A stretch of DNA of 14,506 bases from a virus (Duplodnaviria > Heunggongvirae > Uroviricota > Caudoviricetes): positions 1-14,506 of IMG/VR virus record IMGVR_UViG_2778261446_000005, one strand, 5' to 3'. Below are positions 1 through 6,294 of the stretch, piece by piece (the stretch's first letter is position 1; each line of letters opens with the position of its first letter). Below the pieces are notes generated by a model that made no database searches, was not told the DNA's origin, and saw only the letters and a list, made by a program, of their open reading frames with translations. Position numbers and translations under genes: made by a program.

Positions 1-192
1 TCAGGAGCATTTCTGATTAACGCCACCGTTAAGAATCCACCCCTCAACAGCTTCACGAAGGTATGATTTGGGGTGGGTTCTGACTGGCTTCGGAAATCCG
101 TGCCGTTTGGTATAGTTCCAGATTGTCTGACGTGATGAAACACCGAGCTTGTTCATCGCTTCTTTCTCAGGAATCAGACTGGTATCGGTCAT
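1..192 (-). CDS. xis: Excisionase-like / AlpA-family small DNA-binding protein (63 aa)
   Basis: Complete ORF with stop at 1..3. Translation has a helix-turn-helix-like core (LGVSSRQTIWNYTKRHGFPKP) typical of small phage excisionase/AlpA regulators. GGAGA Shine-Dalgarno 7 nt upstream of the ATG at 192. Sits at the left end of the leftward early operon, where xis lies in lambdoid phages (int would be beyond the window). Confidence 0.6.
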   Translation of the reverse strand: MTDTSLIPEKEAMNKLGVSSRQTIWNYTKRHGFPKPVRTHPKSYLREAVEGWILNGGVNQKCS

Positions 193-280
193 CTTAATTC
201 TCCAGGCAAAAAGAAACCGCCATATAGCGGCTCTATCAGATATGTACAGGCATCATCGAGTGTGAGGCGGCGTGATTTCA

Positions 281-514
281 TTATTTCCACTCTTCATGTT
301 TGTCAGTGAATGGTTTCTCCATCTCCATCTCTATTAATGCCTTATTCATCTCATTTCGTAACTCTATAGCCATCCTGACGGCTTCAACCTGTGCAGGATG
401 TTGGTTAATTGCTGGAGAATATCGTCGGGAGCGAAGGATTGAGAAAACAAAGATAATGCAAGCAACTATCTGAATTGCATTGCATATTATTGATACAATG
501 TGAATTGCAGCCAT
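281..514 (-). CDS. Small single-pass membrane protein, unknown function (77 aa)
   Basis: ORF from track. N-terminal hydrophobic stretch (IHIVSIICNAIQIVACIIFVFSIL) followed by a charged helical tail. G-rich SD upstream of the ATG at 514. Same strand as the operon. Confidence 0.5.
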   Translation of the reverse strand: MAAIHIVSIICNAIQIVACIIFVFSILRSRRYSPAINQHPAQVEAVRMAIELRNEMNKALIEMEMEKPFTDKHEEWK

Positions 515-526
515 CTGCTACCCCCC

Positions 527-550
527 AATAAAAAACCGCCATCAGGCGGC
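527..550 (-). terminator. Intrinsic terminator (minus strand), stop codon of the upstream gene inside the hairpin loop
   Basis: Minus strand reads GCCGCC-TGAT-GGCGG followed by TTTTTTTATT. Stem is plus 536..540 / 545..549, T-run is plus 527..535. Confidence 0.6.
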
Positions 551-709
551 TTGGTGTTCTTTCAGTTCTTCAATTCGAATATTGGTTACGTCTGCATGCG
601 CTATCTGCGCCCATATCATCCAGTGGTCATAGCAGTCGTTGATGTTCTCCGCTTCGATAACTCTGTTGAATGGTTCTCCATTCCATTCACCTGTGACTCG
701 GAAGTGCAT
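542..709 (-). CDS. Small hypothetical protein (55 aa, MHFRVTGEWNGEPF...EHQAA)
   Basis: Below the 60-aa cutoff of the ORF track; found by manual translation of the minus strand. ATG at 709..707, TGA at 544..542, immediately followed by the terminator. Codon usage looks like neighbouring genes. No clear SD. Confidence 0.4.
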   Translation of the reverse strand: MHFRVTGEWNGEPFNRVIEAENINDCYDHWMIWAQIAHADVTNIRIEELKEHQAA

Positions 710-1057
710 TTATCATCTCCATAAAACAAAACTAGCCGTAGCGAGTTCAGATAAAAGAAAACCCGCACTCGGCTGGTTCGCATTCGTTCAAATTGCGTTT
801 ACTTCTTGGCGTTCTGTTCATCCATATCGATATACCATGGGTTGCTTCCCTTGGGCATGTTTAACGACTGCTCGCGATAGTATCTGATGCGCTCCATGAA
901 ATACTCGCGTGAGTGCTCAGGTTGCTCTCATGATACCTGCTCAGTGATAACAGGTATGTTAAGGCGCTCTCTGTACTCCATGCCTGATGCTGCAAGGTCA
1001 ACGTTTACCTTGTTCTGTTTTTCTTTCGATTTCTCGGCGATGTTATGCCTGACATTG

Positions 1058-1300
1058 TCAACCCGCCTCCTTCTGAACATAACGGTTATAAATCAGTCCC
1101 TGAGGGCCATAAGGAAGCGGGATGTGCAACTCCTCTGGTTCAGAAACTATCCATTCCCCGGCCATCTCCGCTGGAGAGGTAATGATAAGTTGTTTGCTAA
1201 TAAAAGGACCACTCCTCTCAACAACAAGCTTACCATCTTCATTAATAAAAGCTTGGATGTCAGGTGTGATTCCACACTTGGTGATGCAGCGTTTGAACAT
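1058..1300 (-). CDS. Hypothetical protein (about 80 aa; ORF extends to 1342)
   Basis: Minus-strand ORF 1058..1342 from track. Internal ATG at 1300 (MFKRCITKCGITPDIQAF...) has a G-rich SD; the first ATG at 1342 has none. Composition is protein-like, unlike the overlapping plus-strand ORF 887..1345. Confidence 0.4.
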   Translation of the reverse strand: MFKRCITKCGITPDIQAFINEDGKLVVERSGPFISKQLIITSPAEMAGEWIVSEPEELHIPLPYGPQGLIYNRYVQKEAG

Positions 1301-1426
1301 TTTGTGTCCCCCCATTTTATGTACGGGGTAATTATAACACATTGAAATATAGTAATATTTGACGTAGATTTCTTTTGATCTATAAGCGATTTTTTAATGC
1401 TTTTAAGTTATAAATACTTGTTTTCA

Positions 1427-2035
1427 TCACCCATCTTGCTGCGGTGCTACTATTGAAAAGTACTCACACCCTTTAGCCCAAATAGTTTTGATAGTTGTCC
1501 AACTGACTGGAACCTTGATTTCGATTCTCCCGCTGCCGTCACAAGTTTCGCAATCATCATCACCAAAGCATTCCGGGCAGCTTATAAACGTAGTTTCTGA
1601 AAATTCACCGGATAGCACACCCTTAGCGCCGTTCTCAGCGGTTAGTTTCTTCGGCACTATAACCCAACCATCCGGAGTTACCGGAGAGTTGCCCGATGGC
1701 TCGTTCAACTTGCAAGTTTGGCTTACAGGTTTGGCTTCCAGTTCTGCTATGCGCTTTTTTGCTGCTTCCAACTCGCCAAGCAGCGCCAAGACGGTAGCCG
1801 GATTGGCTGCGGCGATGAATTCAGCATTGGCCTGCTGTTCCATTTGGAAATCTTCATCGAAACCGCTTTCTGGATGCGCTCCTTCAATTCTGCAAATGGG
1901 AAGATATCCAACAACGTCACGATGAATTAGCGCATCATCACAATTAAATCGGCTCTCTCCATATTCGAGCGACCACACACCACACGTTGCTTTCTCTGCC
2001 TTTTCACGCAGTGCCTGATAGTCAATCTTGCTCAT
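1427..2035 (-). CDS. Ead/Ea22-like family protein (202 aa)
   Basis: Translation contains the motif ...FIAAANPATVLALLGELEAAKKRIAELEA that I recall as characteristic of ead/Ea22-like prophage proteins; C-terminal Cys-rich region (CPECFGDDDCETCDGSG). ATGA start/stop overlap with the upstream gene at 2032..2035. Confidence 0.5.
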   Translation of the reverse strand: MSKIDYQALREKAEKATCGVWSLEYGESRFNCDDALIHRDVVGYLPICRIEGAHPESGFDEDFQMEQQANAEFIAAANPATVLALLGELEAAKKRIAELEAKPVSQTCKLNEPSGNSPVTPDGWVIVPKKLTAENGAKGVLSGEFSETTFISCPECFGDDDCETCDGSGRIEIKVPVSWTTIKTIWAKGCEYFSIVAPQQDG

Positions 2036-2289
2036 TGGTCAGCCTCCTGGCGAAACATCATGATTGTCAGATCGCCTTTGGTTGCAAGGCGCACGGTTGT
2101 TCCTGGTTCGATGCTGGACAGGTCAAACGCATCGTAAAATTCATTTACTGCTTTTTGTCTACGAGACAGCCTTCTGCGTTTGTCCCATTGCTTTAGCGCA
2201 ACGGAGATAAACCACTGTCCCGTTTTGAACATGATGAATAACCACCCCATCAGGGCGAGTCCGGTGTTTAGAATGCCCAGAATGCTCAT
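2032..2289 (-). CDS. Small membrane protein, unknown function (85 aa)
   Basis: ORF from track. N-terminal hydrophobic helix (ILGILNTGLALMGWLFIMF) then a basic segment (KRRRLSRRQK). ATGA overlap with the upstream gene at 2286..2289. Confidence 0.5.
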   Translation of the reverse strand: MSILGILNTGLALMGWLFIMFKTGQWFISVALKQWDKRRRLSRRQKAVNEFYDAFDLSSIEPGTTVRLATKGDLTIMMFRQEADQ

Positions 2290-2660
2290 GACTGCACTCC
2301 CTTGCGAAGCTGGTCGGCTAACTCGTCACATATGTGCGTCAAAGAGCAAAGTTTGATTGATGGATGTTCTCGCATCATCTCCACACCCTGCGCACGTACT
2401 TCAGCCAGAAAAGCGTCGGTGGCTGGGGTTTCCGTGAAGTTGTCCTCCCAACCGTAGTACTCCTGACGACAGAAGTTATTAAATTCCTTCTCCGACTGTT
2501 TAAGCGCCGCATTCTCCGCTGCCAGCGCCGCGCACTTGGCCTCCGCTTCAGCAAATTTACGCACCAGATATTCAGCGTTTGTTTCGTTAACCTTTAAATC
2601 TCGTGGGATGCATTTACCTTTCAGAAAACCATCCATCTCAATTAGTGACATTTGTTTCAT
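2286..2660 (-). CDS. Hypothetical protein with predicted coiled-coil segment (124 aa)
   Basis: ORF from track. ATGA overlap with the upstream gene at 2657..2660. Contains [24 protein letters not shown]. No family recognised. Confidence 0.5.
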   Translation of the reverse strand: MKQMSLIEMDGFLKGKCIPRDLKVNETNAEYLVRKFAEAEAKCAALAAENAALKQSEKEFNNFCRQEYYGWEDNFTETPATDAFLAEVRAQGVEMMREHPSIKLCSLTHICDELADQLRKGVQS

Positions 2661-2821
2661 TTCTTCCCACTCCGCAGCATCGCATTCAGATATTTGTTTT
2701 GATTCACTGATGGAAACGAGTTTCTCTTAAGCAATTCCTCTCTCGATGGCATTGGCTTTACGCGTTGGCGAATAATCATTTCTGCCGGAAGAATGCCGGG
2801 ATTGTATGCAAGTCCTCTCAT
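2657..2821 (-). CDS. Small hypothetical protein (54 aa; track ORF runs to 2974)
   Basis: Track ORF 2657..2974 overlaps the upstream 98-aa gene out of frame. Internal ATG at 2821 is preceded by GAGGA at 7 nt spacing and lies just downstream of the 98-aa gene stop (2832..2834), so I take the short form ([33 protein letters not shown]...). Confidence 0.4.
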   Translation of the reverse strand: MRGLAYNPGILPAEMIIRQRVKPMPSREELLKRNSFPSVNQNKYLNAMLRSGKK

Positions 2822-2831
2822 GGTAAATTCC

Positions 2832-3128
2832 TCAGTCATTACTGATAGCGCCATAGCGTGAGCGGTAATTACGCAGGCGCGGGTCGATATATTCAGGGAA
2901 GTGGGTATATGTGGCTTTGCGGAATGGTCGGATTGATGTCTGGTAAATTCGCTCTCGTTCTTCTTTCTCTGCAAGCCATATACAGTGGCGAAATTCCTTT
3001 TCCTCTTTCGTTTCCTGCGGTAGCGACATTATCAGGTCGTAGTTTTTTCTGAATTTATCCAGCACCTCCGATACGGAATTGCCGGAACAGCGGCGCGGGT
3101 CATCCGCACCATACAGAGGCGCTGGCAT
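2832..3128 (-). CDS. Hypothetical protein (98 aa); possibly an Abc-type anti-RecBCD protein by position and size only
   Basis: ORF from track, AAGGAT SD upstream of ATG at 3128. Sits just downstream of erf-ssb, where P22 carries abc1/abc2; I cannot confirm sequence similarity from memory. Confidence 0.45.
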   Translation of the reverse strand: MPAPLYGADDPRRCSGNSVSEVLDKFRKNYDLIMSLPQETKEEKEFRHCIWLAEKEERERIYQTSIRPFRKATYTHFPEYIDPRLRNYRSRYGAISND

Positions 3129-3151
3129 AATGGAATCCTTATTTTGCTAAT

Positions 3152-3535
3152 CTAGAATGGAATTGAATCGTCGTATTCAGGATGATTTTGATGATTGCTA
3201 CTTTGCTGCTGTTGGCTGTTTCCTGAAGCTGCAAATCCAATCTTCGCATTCAGTAATTCAAGAGTGATTGATTGACCATTTTGCCCCTGATAAACATCAA
3301 CCCTGATGTTTTCTCCGGTAATTTCTACAATGCCACCTTCAACAAGAACACTACGGTAGTAATCCGCTTGCGCTCCCGGCTTGGCAAATACAACGGCGCT
3401 GTAGTTTGTCCATTCTTTCTTTTTTGTCTGGCGATCGTAATACTGAACGCCAGCACGGATGTTGAATCCGATATTTTCCCCGGCCTGAAACTCTCTTGCG
3501 GGTTTGTTTAGTCTTACAGTAATCGAATGTGCCAT
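3152..3535 (-). CDS. ssb: Phage single-stranded DNA-binding protein (SSB-like, 127 aa)
   Basis: Internal ATG at 3535 (M31 of track ORF 3152..3625) overlaps the erf stop as TAATG. C-terminus ends ...PEYDDSIPF, the acidic D-D-x-I-P-F tail of bacterial SSBs. Gln/Ser-rich linker before the tail. Confidence 0.6.
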   Translation of the reverse strand: MAHSITVRLNKPAREFQAGENIGFNIRAGVQYYDRQTKKKEWTNYSAVVFAKPGAQADYYRSVLVEGGIVEITGENIRVDVYQGQNGQSITLELLNAKIGFAASGNSQQQQSSNHQNHPEYDDSIPF

Positions 3536-4140
3536 TAAGCAGCCGCTCCTTCTAATTCGTCTCGTCTGATGTTGTAAACGTCCTGCGCTTTGTGCTGCTC
3601 CGGTGTGCCTTCGAGCATCTTCCACGCTTTGGCGAACGCCTGTTTAAGCTCTTCTACGGTGTTTTTCTGCAATGCTGCGTCAGTGAATGCTTTTAGAACC
3701 TGTTCAGGTGTAGGTGATGGTTTTGATTGCTTTGCTGCTGCGTTCTGCTGATGTTTATGCTCGTCGGTATCTGCATCTTTCGCATCATCAATGCCGAACA
3801 AACCATTGAGGCAATACTTGCGTGCATAAGAGCTTGTAGCTCCAGTAACTTGTGCAGAATCCATTCCTTTCTTGCTTTCTTCCTCTCGTGCAAGAGCGGT
3901 TGCCGTATGACTGTTTTCGCCATCGGTAATAGTTGCCGTGGCTTTCACGTAATACCGATCACCAATCAACACAACTTCATCGCTGATTGATAAAAACAGA
4001 CCATTCAGTAACGGCTTAACGCCTTCAAGAATGTCTTCGCAGCTTCTGTATTTATATTTACCGAATGAGTTGTACTGATTCTTTGGCGCATTCAGATTCT
4101 CCTGAATGGCTGCCAGTCTTGCGTAAAATTCTTTGCTCAT
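3535..4140 (-). CDS. erf: Erf-family single-strand annealing recombinase (P22 Erf-like, 201 aa)
   Basis: Translation from the ATG at 4140 begins MSKEFYARLAAIQENLNAPKNQYNSFGKYKYRSCEDILEGVKPLL..., matching my recollection of P22 Erf. Track ORF 3535..4170 begins at an upstream TTG. C-terminal third diverges, as expected for mosaic Erf tails. Confidence 0.8.
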   Translation of the reverse strand: MSKEFYARLAAIQENLNAPKNQYNSFGKYKYRSCEDILEGVKPLLNGLFLSISDEVVLIGDRYYVKATATITDGENSHTATALAREEESKKGMDSAQVTGATSSYARKYCLNGLFGIDDAKDADTDEHKHQQNAAAKQSKPSPTPEQVLKAFTDAALQKNTVEELKQAFAKAWKMLEGTPEQHKAQDVYNIRRDELEGAAA

Positions 4141-4150
4141 ATGTTTGTTC

Positions 4151-4321
4151 TCAGAATGGACATTCCCCAAGGAAATAACGCTGATTTAATACTTCGACTC
4201 GGGACAAATTAAGGCATACCCGCATTCCTTCGCGGTCGCCATTATGGCGATACCAGAGAGCTTTCTGCGTGTACATGCGTCTCTGTAACTTGCTCTCCTT
4301 CACTGTGGTTGCAAGTGACAT
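4151..4321 (-). CDS. Small basic protein (56 aa), arf-like by position
   Basis: Manual translation. ATG at 4321 with strong AAGGAGA SD; stop TGA at 4153..4151, 11 nt before the erf start. MSLATTVKESKLQRRMYTQKALWYRHNG... Lies where P22 has arf, but identity is not verified. Confidence 0.4.
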   Translation of the reverse strand: MSLATTVKESKLQRRMYTQKALWYRHNGDREGMRVCLNLSRVEVLNQRYFLGECPF

Positions 4322-4400
4322 GAATATCTCCTTCGTTGCCGATTAAATCTTTCATCTGACGAATGAATTCTTCGTCTGACCAGTTATCTGTGAAACTCAT
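4242..4400 (-). CDS. Small acidic ORF (52 aa), overlaps the 4151..4321 ORF in another frame
   Basis: Manual translation. ATG at 4400 overlaps the kil-like stop as ATGA, with AGGA SD. MSFTDNWSDEEFIRQMKDLIGNEGD... Overlaps the next ORF by 80 nt, so one of the two may be non-coding. Confidence 0.3.
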   Translation of the reverse strand: MSFTDNWSDEEFIRQMKDLIGNEGDIHVTCNHSEGEQVTETHVHAESSLVSP

Positions 4401-4549
4401 TTCCTGCGATACCACGGAAGGTTGATAGCTGATTTCATCGCTTTATTTGCTTCAAGCCACATTTTTGAATCACCAATAAATCGGGCTATTACTGCTTTGT
4501 TCTGTGCAGCACGAAGCATCTGGTGATTGATGGCTATTTCATTGCGCAT
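4397..4549 (-). CDS. kil: Kil-like small host-killing protein (FtsZ inhibitor family, 50 aa)
   Basis: Manual translation MRNEIAINHQMLRAAQNKAVIARFIGDSKMWLEANKAMKSAINLPWYRRK. The motif IA-FIGD-KM matches what I recall of lambda Kil. GAGG SD. Directly downstream of cIII, as in lambda and P22. Confidence 0.55.
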   Translation of the reverse strand: MRNEIAINHQMLRAAQNKAVIARFIGDSKMWLEANKAMKSAINLPWYRRK

Positions 4550-4665
4550 AATAAGACCTCAACTCTTTTCCATCCGTCACGTAATTTACGGGTGATTCGT
4601 TCAAGTAAAGATTCATTTAGTTGGAAGGCACCCATGCGAGCGCCTCCCGCGATTGCGTAAATCAT
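4534..4665 (-). CDS. cIII: CIII-like protease (FtsH) inhibitor (43 aa)
   Basis: Manual translation MIYAIAGGARMGAFQLNESLLERITRKLRDGWKRVEVLLCAMK. The ESLLERITRKLRDGWKR core matches the lambda CIII amphipathic helix. AAGGAA SD upstream of ATG at 4665. Confidence 0.85.
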   Translation of the reverse strand: MIYAIAGGARMGAFQLNESLLERITRKLRDGWKRVEVLLCAMK

Positions 4666-4689
4666 GGGTGGTTCCTTATGTTGGTTTTA

Positions 4690-5658
4690 TTAGTAGGTTA
4701 TTTTTGTTGCGAATACTTCGCCTTTTACGATGGCTGTTATGATATTTTTAGCAACATCTTCTGATGCGCCAACCTTGATAAGGTCAGCAAGTATTTTGTT
4801 ATTTACTTCTTTCCGGTGAGCTTTATCCTTTGCTCTACGCTCTTCTTCGTCCTTGATTCTTTTTTCTTCTGCTATTCTGGCTTGCTCTTTTTCTTCAGCC
4901 TCGCGCCGGATTCGTTCTGCCTCCTCCTGTGCTTTTCGGCGTTCTGCTTCAATTGCTGCCTGCTTTTCTCTTTCAGCTCGTTCTGCTGCCTCTTTTGCTT
5001 CGCGCTGTGCTCGTCGCTCGGCTTCAATGCGTTCACGCTCTGCACGTTCCGCTGCGGCCTTAGCTTCTGCTTCTCGCCTTGCTGCTGCTTCAATTTCGGC
5101 TTTTGCCTTTGCTTCGGCTTCTGCTCTGGCTTTCTCTTCAGCTTCTTTTTTTAAGCGTTCTTCATGCTCTCGCTTTTCCTGCTCCGCTTTGAGTCTTGCC
5201 TCTTCTCTTTGGCGGTCAAATTCGCGATCCATCAAAATCGCTATTTCATGGTCAGACTCAATTTGCTTTGCGAGAGCTTCAGCTGCTGCCTTAGCTTCTT
5301 CTTCGGCTTTAATCCGTGCCTGTTCCTCCTCATAATCAGTAAGAGGCTGGCGCGCCTTGGCTTTCAGTTCATCAAGGCGATCGCGCACTGTCTTGCGGTT
5401 GGCATCAATTAGCTTTGGAATTTCCTTCAGTTCAGCAACAAGGTCTTTGCCAAGACCATCGAGATATGTTTTCGTCTGCGCAACTTTATACGCCAGAGAA
5501 GCGATCTCCTTTCTGCCCTTTGCCGTTGTGATATCAGGCACAAAGGACATAACTTCACGTTCAACCTTTTGGAGAATTTCTTCAATCTGGTCGGCAGACT
5601 GAAATACAGTCATTGCATTTGCTTTTTCAATAACAACTAAATCTGTTACTTCACTCAT
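4690..5658 (-). CDS. Unknown protein (322 aa): about 110-aa N-terminal domain, about 170-aa Glu/Ala/Lys/Arg-rich predicted single alpha-helix or coiled coil, about 40-aa C-terminal domain
   Basis: Track ORF 4690..5754; I place the start at the ATG at 5658 (MSEVTDLVVIEK...) because it is 7 nt after a GGAGG SD and directly after an intrinsic terminator. Central region is repetitive EAK/ERA-type sequence (e.g. EEKARAEAEAKAKAEIEAAARREAEAKAAAERAERERIEAERRAQREAKEAAERAEREKQAAIEAERRK). Confidence 0.7.
   Translation of the reverse strand: MSEVTDLVVIEKANAMTVFQSADQIEEILQKVEREVMSFVPDITTAKGRKEIASLAYKVAQTKTYLDGLGKDLVAELKEIPKLIDANRKTVRDRLDELKAKARQPLTDYEEEQARIKAEEEAKAAAEALAKQIESDHEIAILMDREFDRQREEARLKAEQEKREHEERLKKEAEEKARAEAEAKAKAEIEAAARREAEAKAAAERAERERIEAERRAQREAKEAAERAEREKQAAIEAERRKAQEEAERIRREAEEKEQARIAEEKRIKDEEERRAKDKAHRKEVNNKILADLIKVGASEDVAKNIITAIVKGEVFATKITY
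4850..5340 (-). repeat. Low-complexity coding repeat encoding the E/A/K/R-rich helix
   Basis: Plus strand is pyrimidine-rich with reiterated gcttc/tgctgc/ctcttc units. It generates two spurious plus-strand ORFs (4816..5154, 4853..5335) rich in Cys/Ser/Phe/Leu. Confidence 0.6.
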
Positions 5659-5670
5659 ATATCCTCCATC

Positions 5671-5700
5671 AAAAAAAATTGCCCTCACACGGGAGGGCAA
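5671..5700 (-). terminator. Intrinsic terminator (minus strand) immediately upstream of the ER/K-rich gene
   Basis: Minus strand reads TTGCCCTC-CCGTGT-GAGGGCAA followed by TTTTTTTT (plus 5671..5678 is the A-run). Not followed by a T-run on the plus strand, so it is strand-specific. Confidence 0.7.
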
Positions 5701-5791
5701 AGAAGATTTCCAATAATCAGAACAAGTCGGCTCCTGTTTAGTTACGAGCGACATTGCTCACATAGCAGACTCGTAAATCTGCTATAGGCGC

Positions 5792-5950
5792 TTATTCGCA
5801 TCGCATGACAACATCAAATTTTTCGAGATTACTTTGTCGCAACAATCCTTCTTCGACGCGGTCAGCTTTTCTATAATTATCAAATTCGAAATGTTTAATT
5901 ACTTCTTTCGTTTCTCGATCTATAACTTCAACAATGTATTTCTTATTCAT
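5792..5950 (-). CDS. Small hypothetical protein (52 aa, MNKKYIVEVIDRETKEVIKHFEF...)
   Basis: Manual translation; below the ORF-track cutoff. ATG at 5950..5948 overlaps the upstream gene stop (TAATG). Stop TAA at 5794..5792. Confidence 0.45.
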   Translation of the reverse strand: MNKKYIVEVIDRETKEVIKHFEFDNYRKADRVEEGLLRQSNLEKFDVVMRCE

Positions 5951-6246
5951 TACTCATCACCTATGGCTTTTCTGATTGCTGCGAGACCTTTATTAACAGC
6001 TCCATACCATTCTGGATATGTTGTCGTTGTTCTATTTTTGGATTGCTTAAGTAATAACTGAAGTGCTTCGAGAAGGTCAGGTGCTGCCGCTATTAGATTG
6101 GCATCTTCAATGCATTGAACTTCCTCACAGATTGCAATATACGAACGCCAGCCTGCGCCATTTTCAAGTGAGTCTGCCTGGATGATTTTAATCTCATCGC
6201 CATCCATCATTATTTCCCATTTACCTTCAGTACCTTTAAATTCCAT
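5950..6246 (-). CDS. Hypothetical protein (98 aa) with an Ea22-like IAAAP-LLEAL motif
   Basis: Track ORF 5950..6270; start moved to the ATG at 6246 (MEFKGTEGKWEIMMDGDEIKII...), which has a CAGAGG SD at 7 nt. Contains ...NLIAAAPDLLEALQLLLKQ, resembling the motif in the 1427..2035 protein. Confidence 0.5.
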   Translation of the reverse strand: MEFKGTEGKWEIMMDGDEIKIIQADSLENGAGWRSYIAICEEVQCIEDANLIAAAPDLLEALQLLLKQSKNRTTTTYPEWYGAVNKGLAAIRKAIGDE

Positions 6247-6268
6247 GTTAGCCTCTGTTGTTAGTGCC

Positions 6269-6294
6269 AAAAATAAAGGCCACCATCAGGCAGC
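6269..6294 (-). terminator. Probable intrinsic terminator (minus strand), stop codon of the upstream gene in the loop
   Basis: Minus strand reads GCTGCC-TGAT-GGTGGC followed by CTTTATTTTT. The 6-bp stem needs two G-U pairs that exist only in the minus-strand RNA. Same architecture as the 527..550 terminator. Confidence 0.45.

Noticed and set aside
193-280. Possible weak terminator (CCGCC-ATATA-GCGG with T-rich flank on the minus strand) between the 77-aa gene and xis
   Set aside because: The stem is only 4 to 5 bp and the T-run is interrupted; not convincing enough to call.
887-1345. Plus-strand ORF of 152 aa (and 639..887, 500..724)
   Set aside because: No ribosome-binding site and an odd residue composition. 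They run against the leftward early operon and overlap better-supported minus-strand ORFs and a minus-strand terminator. Residual uncertainty remains for 725..1057.
1488-1930. Plus-strand ORFs 1488..1925 and 1718..1930 inside the Ea22-like gene
   Set aside because: Antisense to a well-supported minus-strand gene; Ser/Leu-rich composition typical of antisense frames.
2364-3052. Plus-strand ORFs 2364..2597, 2536..2730, 2858..3052
   Set aside because: Antisense overlaps of the coupled minus-strand cassette, with no initiation signals.
3272-3990. Plus-strand ORFs 3272..3511 and 3727..3990, and minus-strand ORF 3693..3923
   Set aside because: They overlap the SSB and Erf coding sequences out of frame or in antisense. 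Erf and SSB identities are strong, so these are not called.
4816-5335. Two plus-strand ORFs (4816..5154, 4853..5335) encoding Cys/Ser/Phe/Leu/Ala-rich low-complexity peptides
   Set aside because: They are the antisense reading of the E/A/K/R-rich repeat in the minus-strand gene. No SD, implausible composition, and they sit inside an operon otherwise entirely on the minus strand.
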